Positions 1 through 11,915 of a stretch of 64,000 nucleotides of DNA are shown in pieces. Source of the stretch: Schmidtea polychroa (taxonomy: Eukaryota); assembly GCA_044892525.1 (NCBI GenBank), contig CM097885.1, positions 126,480,001 through 126,544,000 of the forward strand. Direction: 5' to 3'. Within the stretch, counting starts at the first letter, position 1, and every line of letters begins with the position of its first letter. Position numbers and translations under genes: made by a program. The notes beneath the pieces are model-generated. The model saw only the letters and a list, made by a program, of their open reading frames with translations, was not told where the DNA came from and did not search any database.

Positions 1-1453
1 AAAATCTCTATCGACAGTTTTGATATCGAGGTTGTTTCTTAATGGGTGGTGAAAATAGGCTTCCTTTAGTTTTTTGTTGACTGCTAGTTTTTATATTATA
101 GAAGTTATTATTTCATGGAAACGAAAATACCAAAATTGTGCTAACTATTTGTCTATGTTTAATGATGCCACAAATTGCATCAGCCATACACCATTGGAAC
201 GCGTAAACCATCGGCTATAGTAATTTTGATATTTAAACTTCAATTTTTGAGCCCCCTCCCCACAAAATACAATCTGACTAATTTTTATAGAATATTTGAT
301 TTTTTATGAAAAATTTGTATTTTTCAGATCCAATTTTATTTTTTGTTCAACCTTCCTAAGGCCGGCTCAAATTTCTTACACGGAAGGCCTCTTGGATTAA
401 ATTTGGATTAAACACTGTGCTATTGCTAGTTTAAGGGTTTTTAATCATTTTAACGTATAAAAATAAAATATATTCTATGAAATGAATATATTTTATTTTA
501 TAGAAAAGTAAATTGAACACACAAACACACTACATTGTAAAAGATGCATGTAAACTTAAAAATCGTTCATGGAATAAAGACTTCTAAAATGTCGAGACAA
601 TGTTGAATTCAGTTTTTTTTAAATATGAGTTGTTGATAATATAAAACAGACAGCAAATGGTGAAAATGAATTTCATTTTAAACGGTTATTGTGAATACCT
701 AAAAAGTACTAAGTATGGTGTGTATGTGCTTGACCAAATAACCCTAAAATATAGTGTGAAAGCAGGCTCTCAGGTGAATTTTACATGATTTCTATAACAT
801 TCTAGATTTAGTGGCTATTTGACAATGTTTGACAATATTAATATTTCTTGATCATTGAGTTGTCGAACCACTAATCGAATGTTTATTTAGGTTTAACTCG
901 TTTTTCCTCAATTTCCGAGTAAATAATAAAATGCCATACATGAAAAAATTGAATAATGAAAAATTTGAAGGTGAATATCGTAGCAATACGTAGTCGATTT
1001 TTTAATCCAACATATTGTTTTTGTAACCGTGGCTTTGTTAAAGTCAATTAAATCTAAAAATATAGAGGTAAAATAATGTCATTTTTATAATGGAAAATGC
1101 AAGAAATTTATTATGCCTTAATATAGAATTTATTTAATAAATAGAAAAAATATACTAAAATATTAAAACACTGAGATTGAAGTTCTTCAAAGGAGTGCAA
1201 ATGGTCATGTTTTTATCGCACTTGTTGATTGTGATGGTGATCTTATTAACATGACAAGAAACATTTCAATATATTCTAATGTGTAAGTCATTTATAATTA
1301 AACCTTTATTTAATTAATTACAATTTATCTAAATAGAATTTAACATTGACTAAAAATACAAAAATAAAAAATACAAAAAACTATCATAAAAAAAATAAAA
1401 TATTTAAATTATTGTTACAAAAAACGGATAGTAAAAAGTGGATTAAATATATT

Positions 1454-2254
1454 TTATTTAAACCAAGGATGATCTAATAACTTGTCAAAAAATAATCTGT
1501 CATTTGGTCGAAATTTAGTACATTCTGACACAAATAATGCAGCTGACTTAGAGCAATCTAAAATAGGAGGAATAACGCATTCCATTGTTTCTTCTTCAGT
1601 GTCAAATGCCATCTTAAATTCAAAACAACTGTATAACAAACATCCGAAATTAAATGTTAAACTTTGCTTAATGTTATATGAATGATCCAAAAAAGTCTCG
1701 GGACTTCTGAACCCAGTTGTACCTCGATTACTCATTGAAAATGGAGTGTGTGATTTATCATAAAGCATATATTCAAAATCAATTAGTTTAACTTCCAAAG
1801 TGCTTTTGTTAACCATTATATTTTCTGGTTTGATATCTAGATGATAGAATCCAATTTTTGACATTTCATGTACTATCGAAATTGTATTTTTTAAAATAAC
1901 TTTTAAATATTTTTCATCGTTTTCCTCTTCAATAAAATAAAATAAATCTAACCAATCTTTATCAAGAAATTCCATGACTACTGTTGACCACATATCTCCA
2001 TCGTGATAATCTAATAGTTTTGGAACATATTTATATTTTGTTAATCTTTTCAAAAAATATAATTCATTCGGAATATAGTTTTTGCATTCTTTATCATAAA
2101 CAAATGTGTTATAACTATGTTTTTTAGTAAATGATTTCAAAAGAACTTTCTTACCATCTTTATCTAAAGCTCGACAGACATTTCCTTTTACAGAGCTCCA
2201 AATTTCAAAGTAATCATAATAAGTTTGATTATATAAACTGTCAACTTTTTCCAT
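1454..2254 (-). CDS. Intronless PIM-like/CAMK-group Ser/Thr protein kinase (divergent)
   Basis: 266-aa ORF with VLLK, NELYFLK (alphaC Glu), HLDIKPENIMVN, VKLIDFE, GTTGFRSPE, FNFGCLLY and a C-terminal RL..DKLLDHPW; the motif order matches PIM-family kinases. Confidence 0.85.
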   Translation of the reverse strand: MEKVDSLYNQTYYDYFEIWSSVKGNVCRALDKDGKKVLLKSFTKKHSYNTFVYDKECKNYIPNELYFLKRLTKYKYVPKLLDYHDGDMWSTVVMEFLDKDWLDLFYFIEEENDEKYLKVILKNTISIVHEMSKIGFYHLDIKPENIMVNKSTLEVKLIDFEYMLYDKSHTPFSMSNRGTTGFRSPETFLDHSYNIKQSLTFNFGCLLYSCFEFKMAFDTEEETMECVIPPILDCSKSAALFVSECTKFRPNDRLFFDKLLDHPWFK

Positions 2255-2599
2255 TTTCTAAAATTCTTTTCTGATAAATCATATTGTTTTAGATACTTAA
2301 TTAAACATAGTTACGATAATTATTTTATTTTTCATGAATTTGATTGGATAAAAATTATTTATAAAGAATTTAATTAATTAGCAATTTTAAATTTTAATTG
2401 ATATTTTTAAAAAATTAAATGTATATATTCTATGATATATAAATGTATATATTCAATAAAATATTCAATATTGATATTTTTATTTAAAATATTTTAAAAT
2501 AAAACTGTAATTTTTAATCAATTGAAATGTCAACAATATAATTATAAGTATATATTTAAGAATTAAATATTAACTTTAAATAAATAGTTAAACATGGCA

Positions 2600-3250
2600 A
2601 TGATTTAATTAAACATTCTTTTCACAATATATTTCGACAGTTTTCCTGTCATCATCAGGTGGGATATAATAACAAATTTATTTATTAAAAAATAATTTTT
2701 TTATTATTTAATAAAAATATTTCATTCTTAAAAAATCATAATTAAATTATATATTATTTTTAAAAAATTTTATTAATTAATTTATTTCACAAACAGCAAT
2801 CAATATGTACAATATACAAATAATTATTTTAAAACGTTTAAAACACAAGTATTCACTGCATTCTGCACATTTATTTTTGGATTCAATGTCTTTATCAATA
2901 ACGCCTCACAAATTACACGTTCCCAATAATTATCGAAATTTTTTAACAAAATTTTAAAATCAGACATACCTATTTTACTCTTACAGCCCTTATTGTGCTC
3001 ACTAATATGGGTCAAAGCATTCGGTCTATAATGTTCTCGAGCTCGAAAACAGAGATGACGGGAAGTCTCTCCAATGTATGTGGCATTATACCCATTACAT
3101 GTAAACTGATAAACGAGATCGGAGCACAATTCGACCGGAGTTTTTTACTTATTAATAAACATATTTCGTGCTTTCCATGAAGTTGACACTATCCTATAGT
3201 TTAAATTCCCTAACTGCTTTCTTATCTTCACTTTATAATCCTTAAAACCT
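2600..3250 (-). mobile_element. Penelope-like retroelement 3' remnant (GIY-YIG endonuclease plus pLTR)
   Basis: ORF 2824-3129 contains LVYQFTC..YNATYIGETSRHL..R.REH ... ERVICEALLIKTLNPKIN, the PLE-type GIY-YIG domain. The upstream frame is broken by stops; a hammerhead follows downstream. Confidence 0.85.
2623..2661 (-). ncRNA. Minimal type I hammerhead ribozyme in a Penelope-like pLTR
   Basis: Minus strand reads CAC-CUGAUGA-U-GACAG(GAAAA)CUGUC-GAAA-UAUAU-U-GUG: intact core, 5-bp stem II, palindromic AUAUAU stem III, 3-bp stem I. It lies ~160 nt downstream of a GIY-YIG ORF. Confidence 0.75.
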
Positions 3251-3646
3251 TCTGAGTACTACATTACTTACACAAATTTAGGCTCATCATCCCTGCTCAC
3301 ACTATTTAATTTATTTAACTCATCAGATTCACACATCTCAACAAAATCACACAATTTATTTACTTCTTTTAACCACTCAAGGAATGGATTAATTTTGAAT
3401 TTTAGATCCAGTTATAAAAAGTAAAAAAAATGCGGTTAGGTTAGAAAAAAAAACAGCATACAAAATGATTTCAAATTTAATGTTTATTGGCATTACCAAC
3501 TTAAACAACAAATTTAGGAGGCAAATTTAAAATAATATCACGAGGGGTATTTATTTGCATTTTTAAAATATTTATCAATCTTTTTAATTTCAGCATTACT
3601 TCCACAGCGCAACAAAAAAAACCGAACGAAAAAGAAAGAGAAAAAT

Positions 3647-4530
3647 TATGGAAGAAAGAAGATTGTTCAACGAAAAGTGGATAGATGACTACTTTTTTGT
3701 TGAGGCAAATACTAAGGCTTAATCTGTCGGGAATTTGTACCTGTTTTCAAAGACTACAATTTGAAGAGGCATTATACGCAAAAACATGCTTGTAAATTTA
3801 ATTCATATCAAGGAATGTGTCGTAAAGACAAAATAGCAGAATTGAAAAAAAGTCTATCATCTCAACAAAGTATTTTTTTAAAAAATTACAACTCAAAAAG
3901 ATTCTACCGTAAAAGCTAGTTATGTGGTTTCAAATTTGATAGCACAAAACTCCAAACCATTTTCTGACGGTGAGTTTATTAAGCTATGCATGGAAAGCGT
4001 AGCAGATATAATTTGCCCTGATAAAAACGAAGAATTTTCTAAAATCAGTTTGTCTCACCAGACAATAGCCAGGCGAATTGAAGAAATCGGAAAATCTGTC
4101 GAAGCAGGTTTGGAGAGTAGAGCAGCTAATTTTAAATTTTATGCTTTGGCGATAGACGAAAGTACTGATGCTACTGACGCAGTTCAATTGGCAATTTTTA
4201 AATTCGTTAGATAAATGAGTTAAATTTGCGTCTTCAAGGTAAAGACCAACTTATAAATACAATGTTTCAAACCATATCAGCATTTGAAATGAAACTGAAA
4301 TTATGGCAATCACAAATTAAGGCAAACAATTTTATGCATTTCAACGCGTTGGCGAAATACGGTTCTCTGAACAACGAAATATATGTGACTTTGCTTTCAG
4401 ATTTGATACAGGAGTTTCAGAATAGGTTGCAAGATTTCCGGGAAAATGATCTACTTTTTGGTATATTTTCGACTCCTTTTTCAATTAAATAGAATGCATA
4501 GAATTACAATCTGACATTCAACTGTTGTAA
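3647..4530 (+). mobile_element. Decayed, internally deleted hAT transposase (SPIN/GTF2IRD2-like)
   Basis: FNEKWIDDYFFVE..YNLKRHY..KH, KPFSDGEFIK, ISLSHQTIARRI, ALAIDESTD..QLAIF, then a jump to LQGKDQLI..AFEMKLKLW; frameshifts and stops present. Confidence 0.85.
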
Positions 4531-5569
4531 GGGAGCATCCATTAAGGACGTCCCCTAAGAGGGAGGGGAGAGGGTCTCTACAGAGGCGACAATGGGGGAG
4601 GGGTCCAAGTGCTTATGACATCCTCAGACTAAACCTAATACCTACCCAATGACCATAGGAGGATGAGTAAACATTAGACTGAAATAATTTAGGCTACTAA
4701 TTAAAAGACAGATGCCTATATTAGCTTCATTAATTTTGTTTTAAAAAATGGATTCTCTTTTAAATTTGGACAATTTTTACTAAAGCTTTAACAATATTAT
4801 GTGTTACCAGCAACAAAATAATCTGCCTAATATTATAATTTTATGTTCATATCGTCTGAAAATAAGGGAGTTCTGTTTTCGGAGGGACGCACAATCTCTT
4901 TGGACAATAAACTCACCAACCGGCAAATGAAGATGACTGAATAAACATTGATTTAAAGATTAATAATATAAATAAAACCTACATATAATATCTATGTATG
5001 TGTATGTCATAGCCAAGTGACATTTAATTAAATCCATGACATTAAATAATGAACGGATAGAAAAATTATATGTTGGAAGAAAAATAAATATATGTACACA
5101 AGCACGGTTCACAAAATTTATGAGGTTGGTCGTATAAACTGCTGCTAGAATGAAGACATCTAGAATCTAGAAAACGTGATTGATAAGTTTGAATTCACAG
5201 AATTCTGTAACCCAATTGTGTAGTAAATTGAGTTATTTATCTGGCTGTTTGATGATATCTATTTATAGGGTTTTTAGATAAGGTTTTTGTAATTAGGTCA
5301 AAAATGTGTGTATGTGTATATTTTTGAGTTCATTCGGTATTATAAACGGAGCGACCTATTTATTTTACTGCTGAGGAAGGATTAGAAATTCTAGATTAGA
5401 TTAGGAGTGATCAAGATTTGATTTCTTTTATATAACAATTATATAGAGTTGAGAGAAAATTTACTTTTCAATTCATTATTTTGAAGATTAAAATTTTCGA
5501 TGCACTGCACTTGACTAAATAATAAATTCTTAAAACATGTATGTTCCTTTGCCTTGATTCCACCCATTA

Positions 5570-5896
5570 ATGAACTACATTTTATTCCAATGTTTATATT
5601 TTCCTATTATTATTTTAGATATAGTATTAATAGCTGATTTTGGTAATTACGAGACTTTTACTGGAGAAAATGAAGTCATTTTCTATACTGGGTTAAAAAA
5701 TTTATTGGATAATGTGAACCGAAATTTTACCTGTATGATGACACCTGTGATGAATTTGCAGAAAAATGTTAGTTGGAAATCTTTTGTTTCCAATCAAATA
5801 ACAAATGTAAATTTTTTTAATTGCTTTTTTTTAATAGAAGTTAAACCAAAATCAAATTATTTTGTAATCTTTGATCGGTTTTTAAGTAAATGTTAG
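5570..5896 (+). pseudogene. Possible protein kinase fragment
   Basis: Only VLIADFG (subdomain VII-like) is recognisable; the surrounding frames contain many stops. Confidence 0.3.
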
Positions 5897-7928
5897 ATAA
5901 AAATAGAAATATATTTATTAAATAATATAACCAATATTATTTAAAACAGGTTTCTAAAACTTTTCCTGTGATTGAACTTTGTTTATGTTAAATAGTTATT
6001 TTAAATTGTTAATAAATAACATTGAAAACGCGCCAGGAGCATCAGAATTTTCAATAGACTTAAATCTAAAATATAAATAACTTTCATCGTACTTCCGTTT
6101 TGATATTTATATAAGATTTTGTAGAAACCAATGTTTATATAATCTTCAATTGTATATGTGTATCAGCCCGATTACATTGCCTTTCTTTTGTTAAAGTTCT
6201 TGTCTTTAACCAAAATCGCTTGATAGTTGTTGAATTTTGTAATAAGAAAAACAATTTTGTCAAAATGTCATTTTTACACAAATTTAAACCATTTATATTT
6301 TCAACAGTAAATAGGCTTCATGTTATGTAAATAATTTACAAATAGTTTCGATTCAAATTCGATTAAATTTTAATGATTAAAACCACAATATGAAATAATA
6401 TTATCGAGGCTTTTATTTTTTTCATTTAGCCTCTTACTTATTGCACTTTGATGTATAAGATATCAATTTATATAGACCTACTTATATAAAGTTAAGAAGG
6501 AATTAGAAAAACGAATAATAAAACTTGGAAATTTCTTCAAATGTTTCACTCTGTTCAATCATAAAGAATGTATTTTTATTGCACTTTCTGAATTTTTTAT
6601 GATAATACTATTTTTACGATTAGATCCAAGAGAGTAAATAATAAATAATACACCAAAGGGCATAAATTATTGACGTTTATTTTCAAATTAAGGTTTAACA
6701 TAAAATATAATTAATTTAGATATAGAAAAAACATACCCAACCACTTGAACTAAATACAAAAATTATGCGAGACTGGCGTAAATATCCGCATAAAGGTATA
6801 GCGGGCAATTTCTGTTGTATCTAAAATTAATTTTTTTATCTTTTGTCATAATAAAAATATTTTTCAATTGTATTTATCAGTAAGAAAAAAAATACTTATT
6901 CGATAAAATATAAAATCATCTAAATGAACAGTTCTTAAATTTTGTGAGTGAAAATTGGTTGTTAGTCGACCTTTGACTGTAATTGAAATTGAATTTTCTT
7001 TGTGAATTTTTTTAAATTTTTTATTTATTCCTAATTTAGGTCAATATAATAATAATGGTTTTTACATCGGTGATGACTCAAAAATTACTCCAATGGGAAT
7101 CAGTGGGACACTCATTTCAAGATATTCCAGGAAGTGAAAATAAACAAGATCCATTGGAAATTCTTTGGACTAAGCTCAAATTTAGTGAGAAACCCATAAT
7201 TGGTGTAATTTTTGACGAGACTCTGGAGAAATCTGCTTCTTTTATTGTGCCTGTTGTATTTTATTTGCCAAAGAATCTGAAATTACTTTTGGGCTATTTA
7301 CTTAGTCGTTTGGGAGATTTTTAAAATATATTCTTTTTTTTAGATTTTTATTTTTATAATAGTAAAAAAAATTTTAAACCAGTGTTTACAATTCTTAGCA
7401 TTTGTGTTGCGAAAAGGGCATTCAATCTCTTGATATTGGTATTTCAGGATTAAGAAATAGTCATTTATCTTATTCAATATTGTTTATTTAAATTTTATAA
7501 TATTTGTGACGTATATCATAATTATTTTATATGTATACCAATATTCCAAATAATAAGCCACTCAGAAATATTTTATTTCTTTCGATATGACAAGTAAATA
7601 TTATCAGGTGTTCATTAAACGAAATTGATATTCAAAAGACGGCGTAAAACTCCAAATGAGGGCAGTTTGAAGTAAAGTAAAACTTCGAATGAACACCCAA
7701 TAGTTAGAAATAAATATAATTTAATAAGACAAACCTTAAATTTTAATATAGTTGAATAAATTCCCCAAAATTTGTTTAAAAAAAGAAAGCTTTAAGTTAA
7801 CCTACAACTTTTTTCAGAATATTTAATCTAGTTGAGTTTCAAGTATATTAAATAAAAATATATATTCTCACACTAACAAAAACTGAGTCAAGTTGTTGGA
7901 GAATTCTGATTAAAATTTTGGTTTAATA

Positions 7929-8147
7929 ACACTAGATTTACGGGTAAAAATAGCCGTAAAAATAAGTATACCTAATTCGATATGCGAAATGAGGGAGTAG
8001 GTAGAGAAGAGTAATTAATATTTACCTATATTTCATGACGTATCTAAAATCCAACATATGTATTCAAAAAATAATAAATCAGTATTATATATATGTAGTA
8101 ATAGAATTTTAAGTAAGTCAAATTGGCTCAGTCCGTAAATCTAGTGT
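7929..8147. mobile_element. MITE, superfamily unassigned
   Basis: Perfect 15-bp TIR ACACTAGATTTACGG (7929-7943) / CCGTAAATCTAGTGT (8133-8147), flanked by TAATA on both sides. Confidence 0.7.
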
Positions 8148-9869
8148 TAATAGTGAGCTAGCTATGCTAGGTGATGTTTGACCATAGGGTAAGATTGTAA
8201 GGTGACTTTAGAAATTTTTGAGTAGGGATCTCCTGTATTTCGGGCTCATAGAATAAACTAATTTACACATACTTTTCGATAATTTAAAACAGTTTCTTCC
8301 AAAATTTTGAGCATGGATCACCCTGTAATTTATCCATTAATTACTTCAATAGTTTAGGAGTTTTGAACATTATCATTCCCTAATAATTCTTGGCTGTTTG
8401 ACCCTGACTTTATTATCCACAGAATCGTTCATACATAGTCAATCGTAAATGGTAGTGTGGTTCAGATTTTCGACATCAGGAAACATACGCTTAGTGGTTT
8501 GTATGATATCAGATTGAATGTCGATTTTAGGTATATATTTTACAACTTGTACTATGAGTCTATTAATTAGTAAAATTGTTCGATTTCCCGACCGACTCGA
8601 CATGATACGTCGAACCCTAATGTTATGTAGGAACCGCAACTACAGCTGAGCCAAAAGCCCGTTGTAGCCGCAGATAAATTAGTTAAGTTAAGTTTAGCAC
8701 CAAGCATAGTTTCGTTAACTAATTTGGTCACCACGAAGTATTTTCAAGAATATACGCCATTTTGTTTACTTAACGTGGTTAACCGCCACTCCGGATTATT
8801 GTTCATTTTATTGCTTGCATTTTCAGGTTTTCGACTCCTATTAATACAGATGTCGATAGGTGTACGGCTGGCTGGGATCTCGAGTTACAAATTGATAACA
8901 ACGAAAATCTCGGTCAATGGTACGTTCTTAATCAAAATAGAACAAAACAAAATAGAATAAAACTTCCTTACTCGATAGTAATCTCACAAAAAATTTTATA
9001 CAACAAAAATTTGGCATACAAGATTGAATTGTGACTGAAATGCATAGGTATATATACCCTATTTTGGTGTGCAAGTATGTGTGTGCATTGATGCAGTAAA
9101 ACAAATTCGAATTATTCTAATTCTAAATAGTTTCGAATTTTAATTTTTATCGATTTTAATTGCGATTTTTGTGCAATTATTTTTGTTTTTATTTTTTAAA
9201 TTTTATTTTTGAATTATTTTTTATTAATTTTGCCTCCATGATGTATATAGGCAATTCCAAAACATACCATGCTATTTTAACTTATTTCTTATTTTAATTT
9301 CTTTTTATTATACTTCTTGCTCGTGTTTTTATTTTATTTTTTATTCGGATGTTTTATCATTGGGTATTGTATTTCTCTATTATATCTGTTTATTTTATGT
9401 TTATTGTATTTCATTTTAAATACTCTTACTGCTGATTATGCGTGTTGTGTATATTAGGATTCTCATCCGTTAACACATTAATATCTGTTTGCATATCACT
9501 AAATAATTCCATAAATTTTATTTAATAAATTATACACTCCAAACTTATCTTTTCTTTTGTTTCTCATTTAAAGAAATTTCAATCTTTCTTTTAAAATATT
9601 TTTCGATAAAAATATTTTTAAAAATACTAAATTTCAATCTTCTTTTTAAAATATTCTTCGATAAAAATATTTTAAAATTTAACACAATTTCTAATTAAAA
9701 CTTTTGGAATCTTTAATCTTCCTCAAAGTGTACCGACACACTTCGCCACAATCTTAACTTTGGGCCTTAAATTCAGTTTCACTCCAATAATAACAAATAA
9801 ATTATTTATCTATAAATAAGACATTGCTATTTTTTGAATATCTCTTTTTTATTGTTCTTTAACGAAATT

Positions 9870-10600
9870 TAGATGATAGAAATACACTTAGCACAAAAAC
9901 AGAAGTCTCCACTCGAAATTTTGGTTTAGAATTCTACTGCGAAAAAGTAATAGATTTCATAATGACATTACGCGTGAAATGTAGACATAATCGACGATGT
10001 TGAACTATGTCACAAAGACTATATTAAATTATTTAGAAGAGAGACACAGGTCAGTCTTTGATATGTATAAAGTTTGCCCGATTATCATATGCCAATTCAT
10101 AATCAGATCAAACTGATCACAAGATAACTTGAAACACCATGTTAAAAGACAAATTCTTATCGCGTAAAACTGTACAAGTCAACCTCTTATCATAGTACCA
10201 CTCTTATTGGTAATGCACTATTGATACCGGAAATATTTTGGTTTAGTCTCGAGAAATTAAATGATAAATAACCTGATTTTCACCCAATAACTATACCTTA
10301 ATTTTCGATGTCTTAGATTATACGAATAAAAGAAAAAAACCACCATTAGTTAAATGGAAATATACCTCGCAAATAAGTAAAATGCAAATAACGACTCAAT
10401 AACTCAAATTTTAAATGATTTTTTTCTTCAACACCGAAGAAAATAATAATAACTTAATAATAACTGACTATTAACTAAAGACAATGTTGTAATTGATACT
10501 ACAATTGATTCTATTCATATTGCTATATATTTTTTGTTAATTAATTTAATGACGCCACTCAATCACCGACATTTATAGTAGACACTAATACCTTAGGAGT
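9870..10600 (+). mobile_element. Highly decayed retrotransposon-like coding remnant
   Basis: Stop-riddled frame containing CTIDTG (~10220), resembling a retropepsin D-T-G motif; no other motif recognised. Confidence 0.3.
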
Positions 10601-11305
10601 GACAATAACAATGAAGGCTCACTCATGAGGGAAGAGCTAAGACTGAATTTGGGAAGAAGATAGGGCACGAATAAGCGATCTGACAATAATTGGGTCAACG
10701 AATAAAATAATACTAATAATATTATAATAATTTTAGCATCTAATAAATTTTCCTTTTTTTCCTAGGCGCTAGTGTGATCAGAACCTTCGACTTCACTACA
10801 GGGCTATGGCAGCACACATCTAATGCACAGTGCCAATGTTGCTTGCGACGGGTAATTAGTGATAATAAAACATTATGTGTTGGGTTAGGGTTGGCAAAAA
10901 TTGTTGATTATATAGAAAGTTTTGAACATAAATTTCTTTTCACATCCAATTTTTTTGTACTATTTATATATATGTTGGGCTGAGTCGGAAAATCAATTTG
11001 GGAAATTAGGAAAATAAAATAAGCAAGAGGCTAAAGAAAAACAAAATAAAATAAACAAATTACGAATAAAATAGAATAAGATATAAGAAAAACAATAATT
11101 AGGAAATAAGAATTAAAACAAAAATAAAAATAGAAAATTAAAATAGGACAATAGAAGAACGGATAAAATAACGTAAAATTCAATAAATAATAAGGAAATT
11201 AAAGAAATAAATAGAAAATATAATAAAAATAAAGAAAATAGGAAGAAATAACCAAAAACAAGAAAAATAAATTAAAGCAACAAAATTAAGCGGTACTCAA
11301 TTCTG

Positions 11306-11339
11306 ATTGGTCCGCACACACAGAAAATTAATATATAAA
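11306..11339 (+). promoter_or_regulatory. Candidate Pol II promoter (reverse CCAAT plus TATA) upstream of element A
   Basis: ATTGG at 11306-11310 and TATATAAA at 11332-11339, upstream of a GTAAGC donor-like site at 11568. Motif match only. Confidence 0.3.
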
Positions 11340-11361
11340 CACGCACAAAAATCATAAAATT

Positions 11362-11430
11362 ACTGTTAATCTAAACATTCTACAGGTAAGAGTACTTCTA
11401 AATAAGACTGTTAATCTAAACATTCTACAG
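11362..11430 (+). repeat. 24-nt perfect direct repeat enclosing a 45-nt GT..AG segment
   Basis: ACTGTTAATCTAAACATTCTACAG at 11362-11385 and 11407-11430; 11386-11430 begins GTAAG and ends CAG. Confidence 0.85.
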
Positions 11431-11778
11431 ACCTACAATAACCGACAAGGATAATCAACAATCAAAATCATTTTCTAGGAGCATTCAGAGATCGAAATCG
11501 AGACAACTAATTACCGAGAAAGTACCGAATCTATTTCCGACTCAGCCGACAACACTACAAGCATTACGTAAGCAGATTTTTGTTTGAAAGTAATAGTAAT
11601 CATGAGATGTTCGTAAAAGTAAAATTAAATGAATTATGATTTTTCTTTTCGGTTGATCCCTATAAATATTTTTCTATGATTTTAATGATTAAATAAATGT
11701 TTTAATGATAAATGCGTTGTTTTAGATATATTTATGAATTAGTCGGAAAGTCTATAATTTTATGATTGTGCATTTTAT

Positions 11779-11915
11779 GAGAAACGTGGAGTTGAGACGT
11801 TTCATGTCATGGTGTGAGGGGCCTTCGGGAGCTCAGCGGCGGACATGAAACGTTTCAATCACGCAGCTGACTTGGGCCGAAAAGTGGGGCTTCCTCACGG
11901 GTCCGTCGCTGAAGG
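11779..11915 (+). ncRNA. Conserved structured RNA module (5' module of element A), family unknown
   Basis: 17-bp helix 11792-11808/11842-11858, inner CC(UUCG)GG hairpin, and a 30-nt block 11886-11915 identical in copy B; copy B shows compensatory changes in the long helix. Confidence 0.7.

Noticed and set aside
7055-7480. Exons of an unidentified gene (also 660-1280 and 50290-50650)
   Set aside because: Some exon-like stretches, but no recognisable domain or consistent splice model, and nearby in-frame stops.
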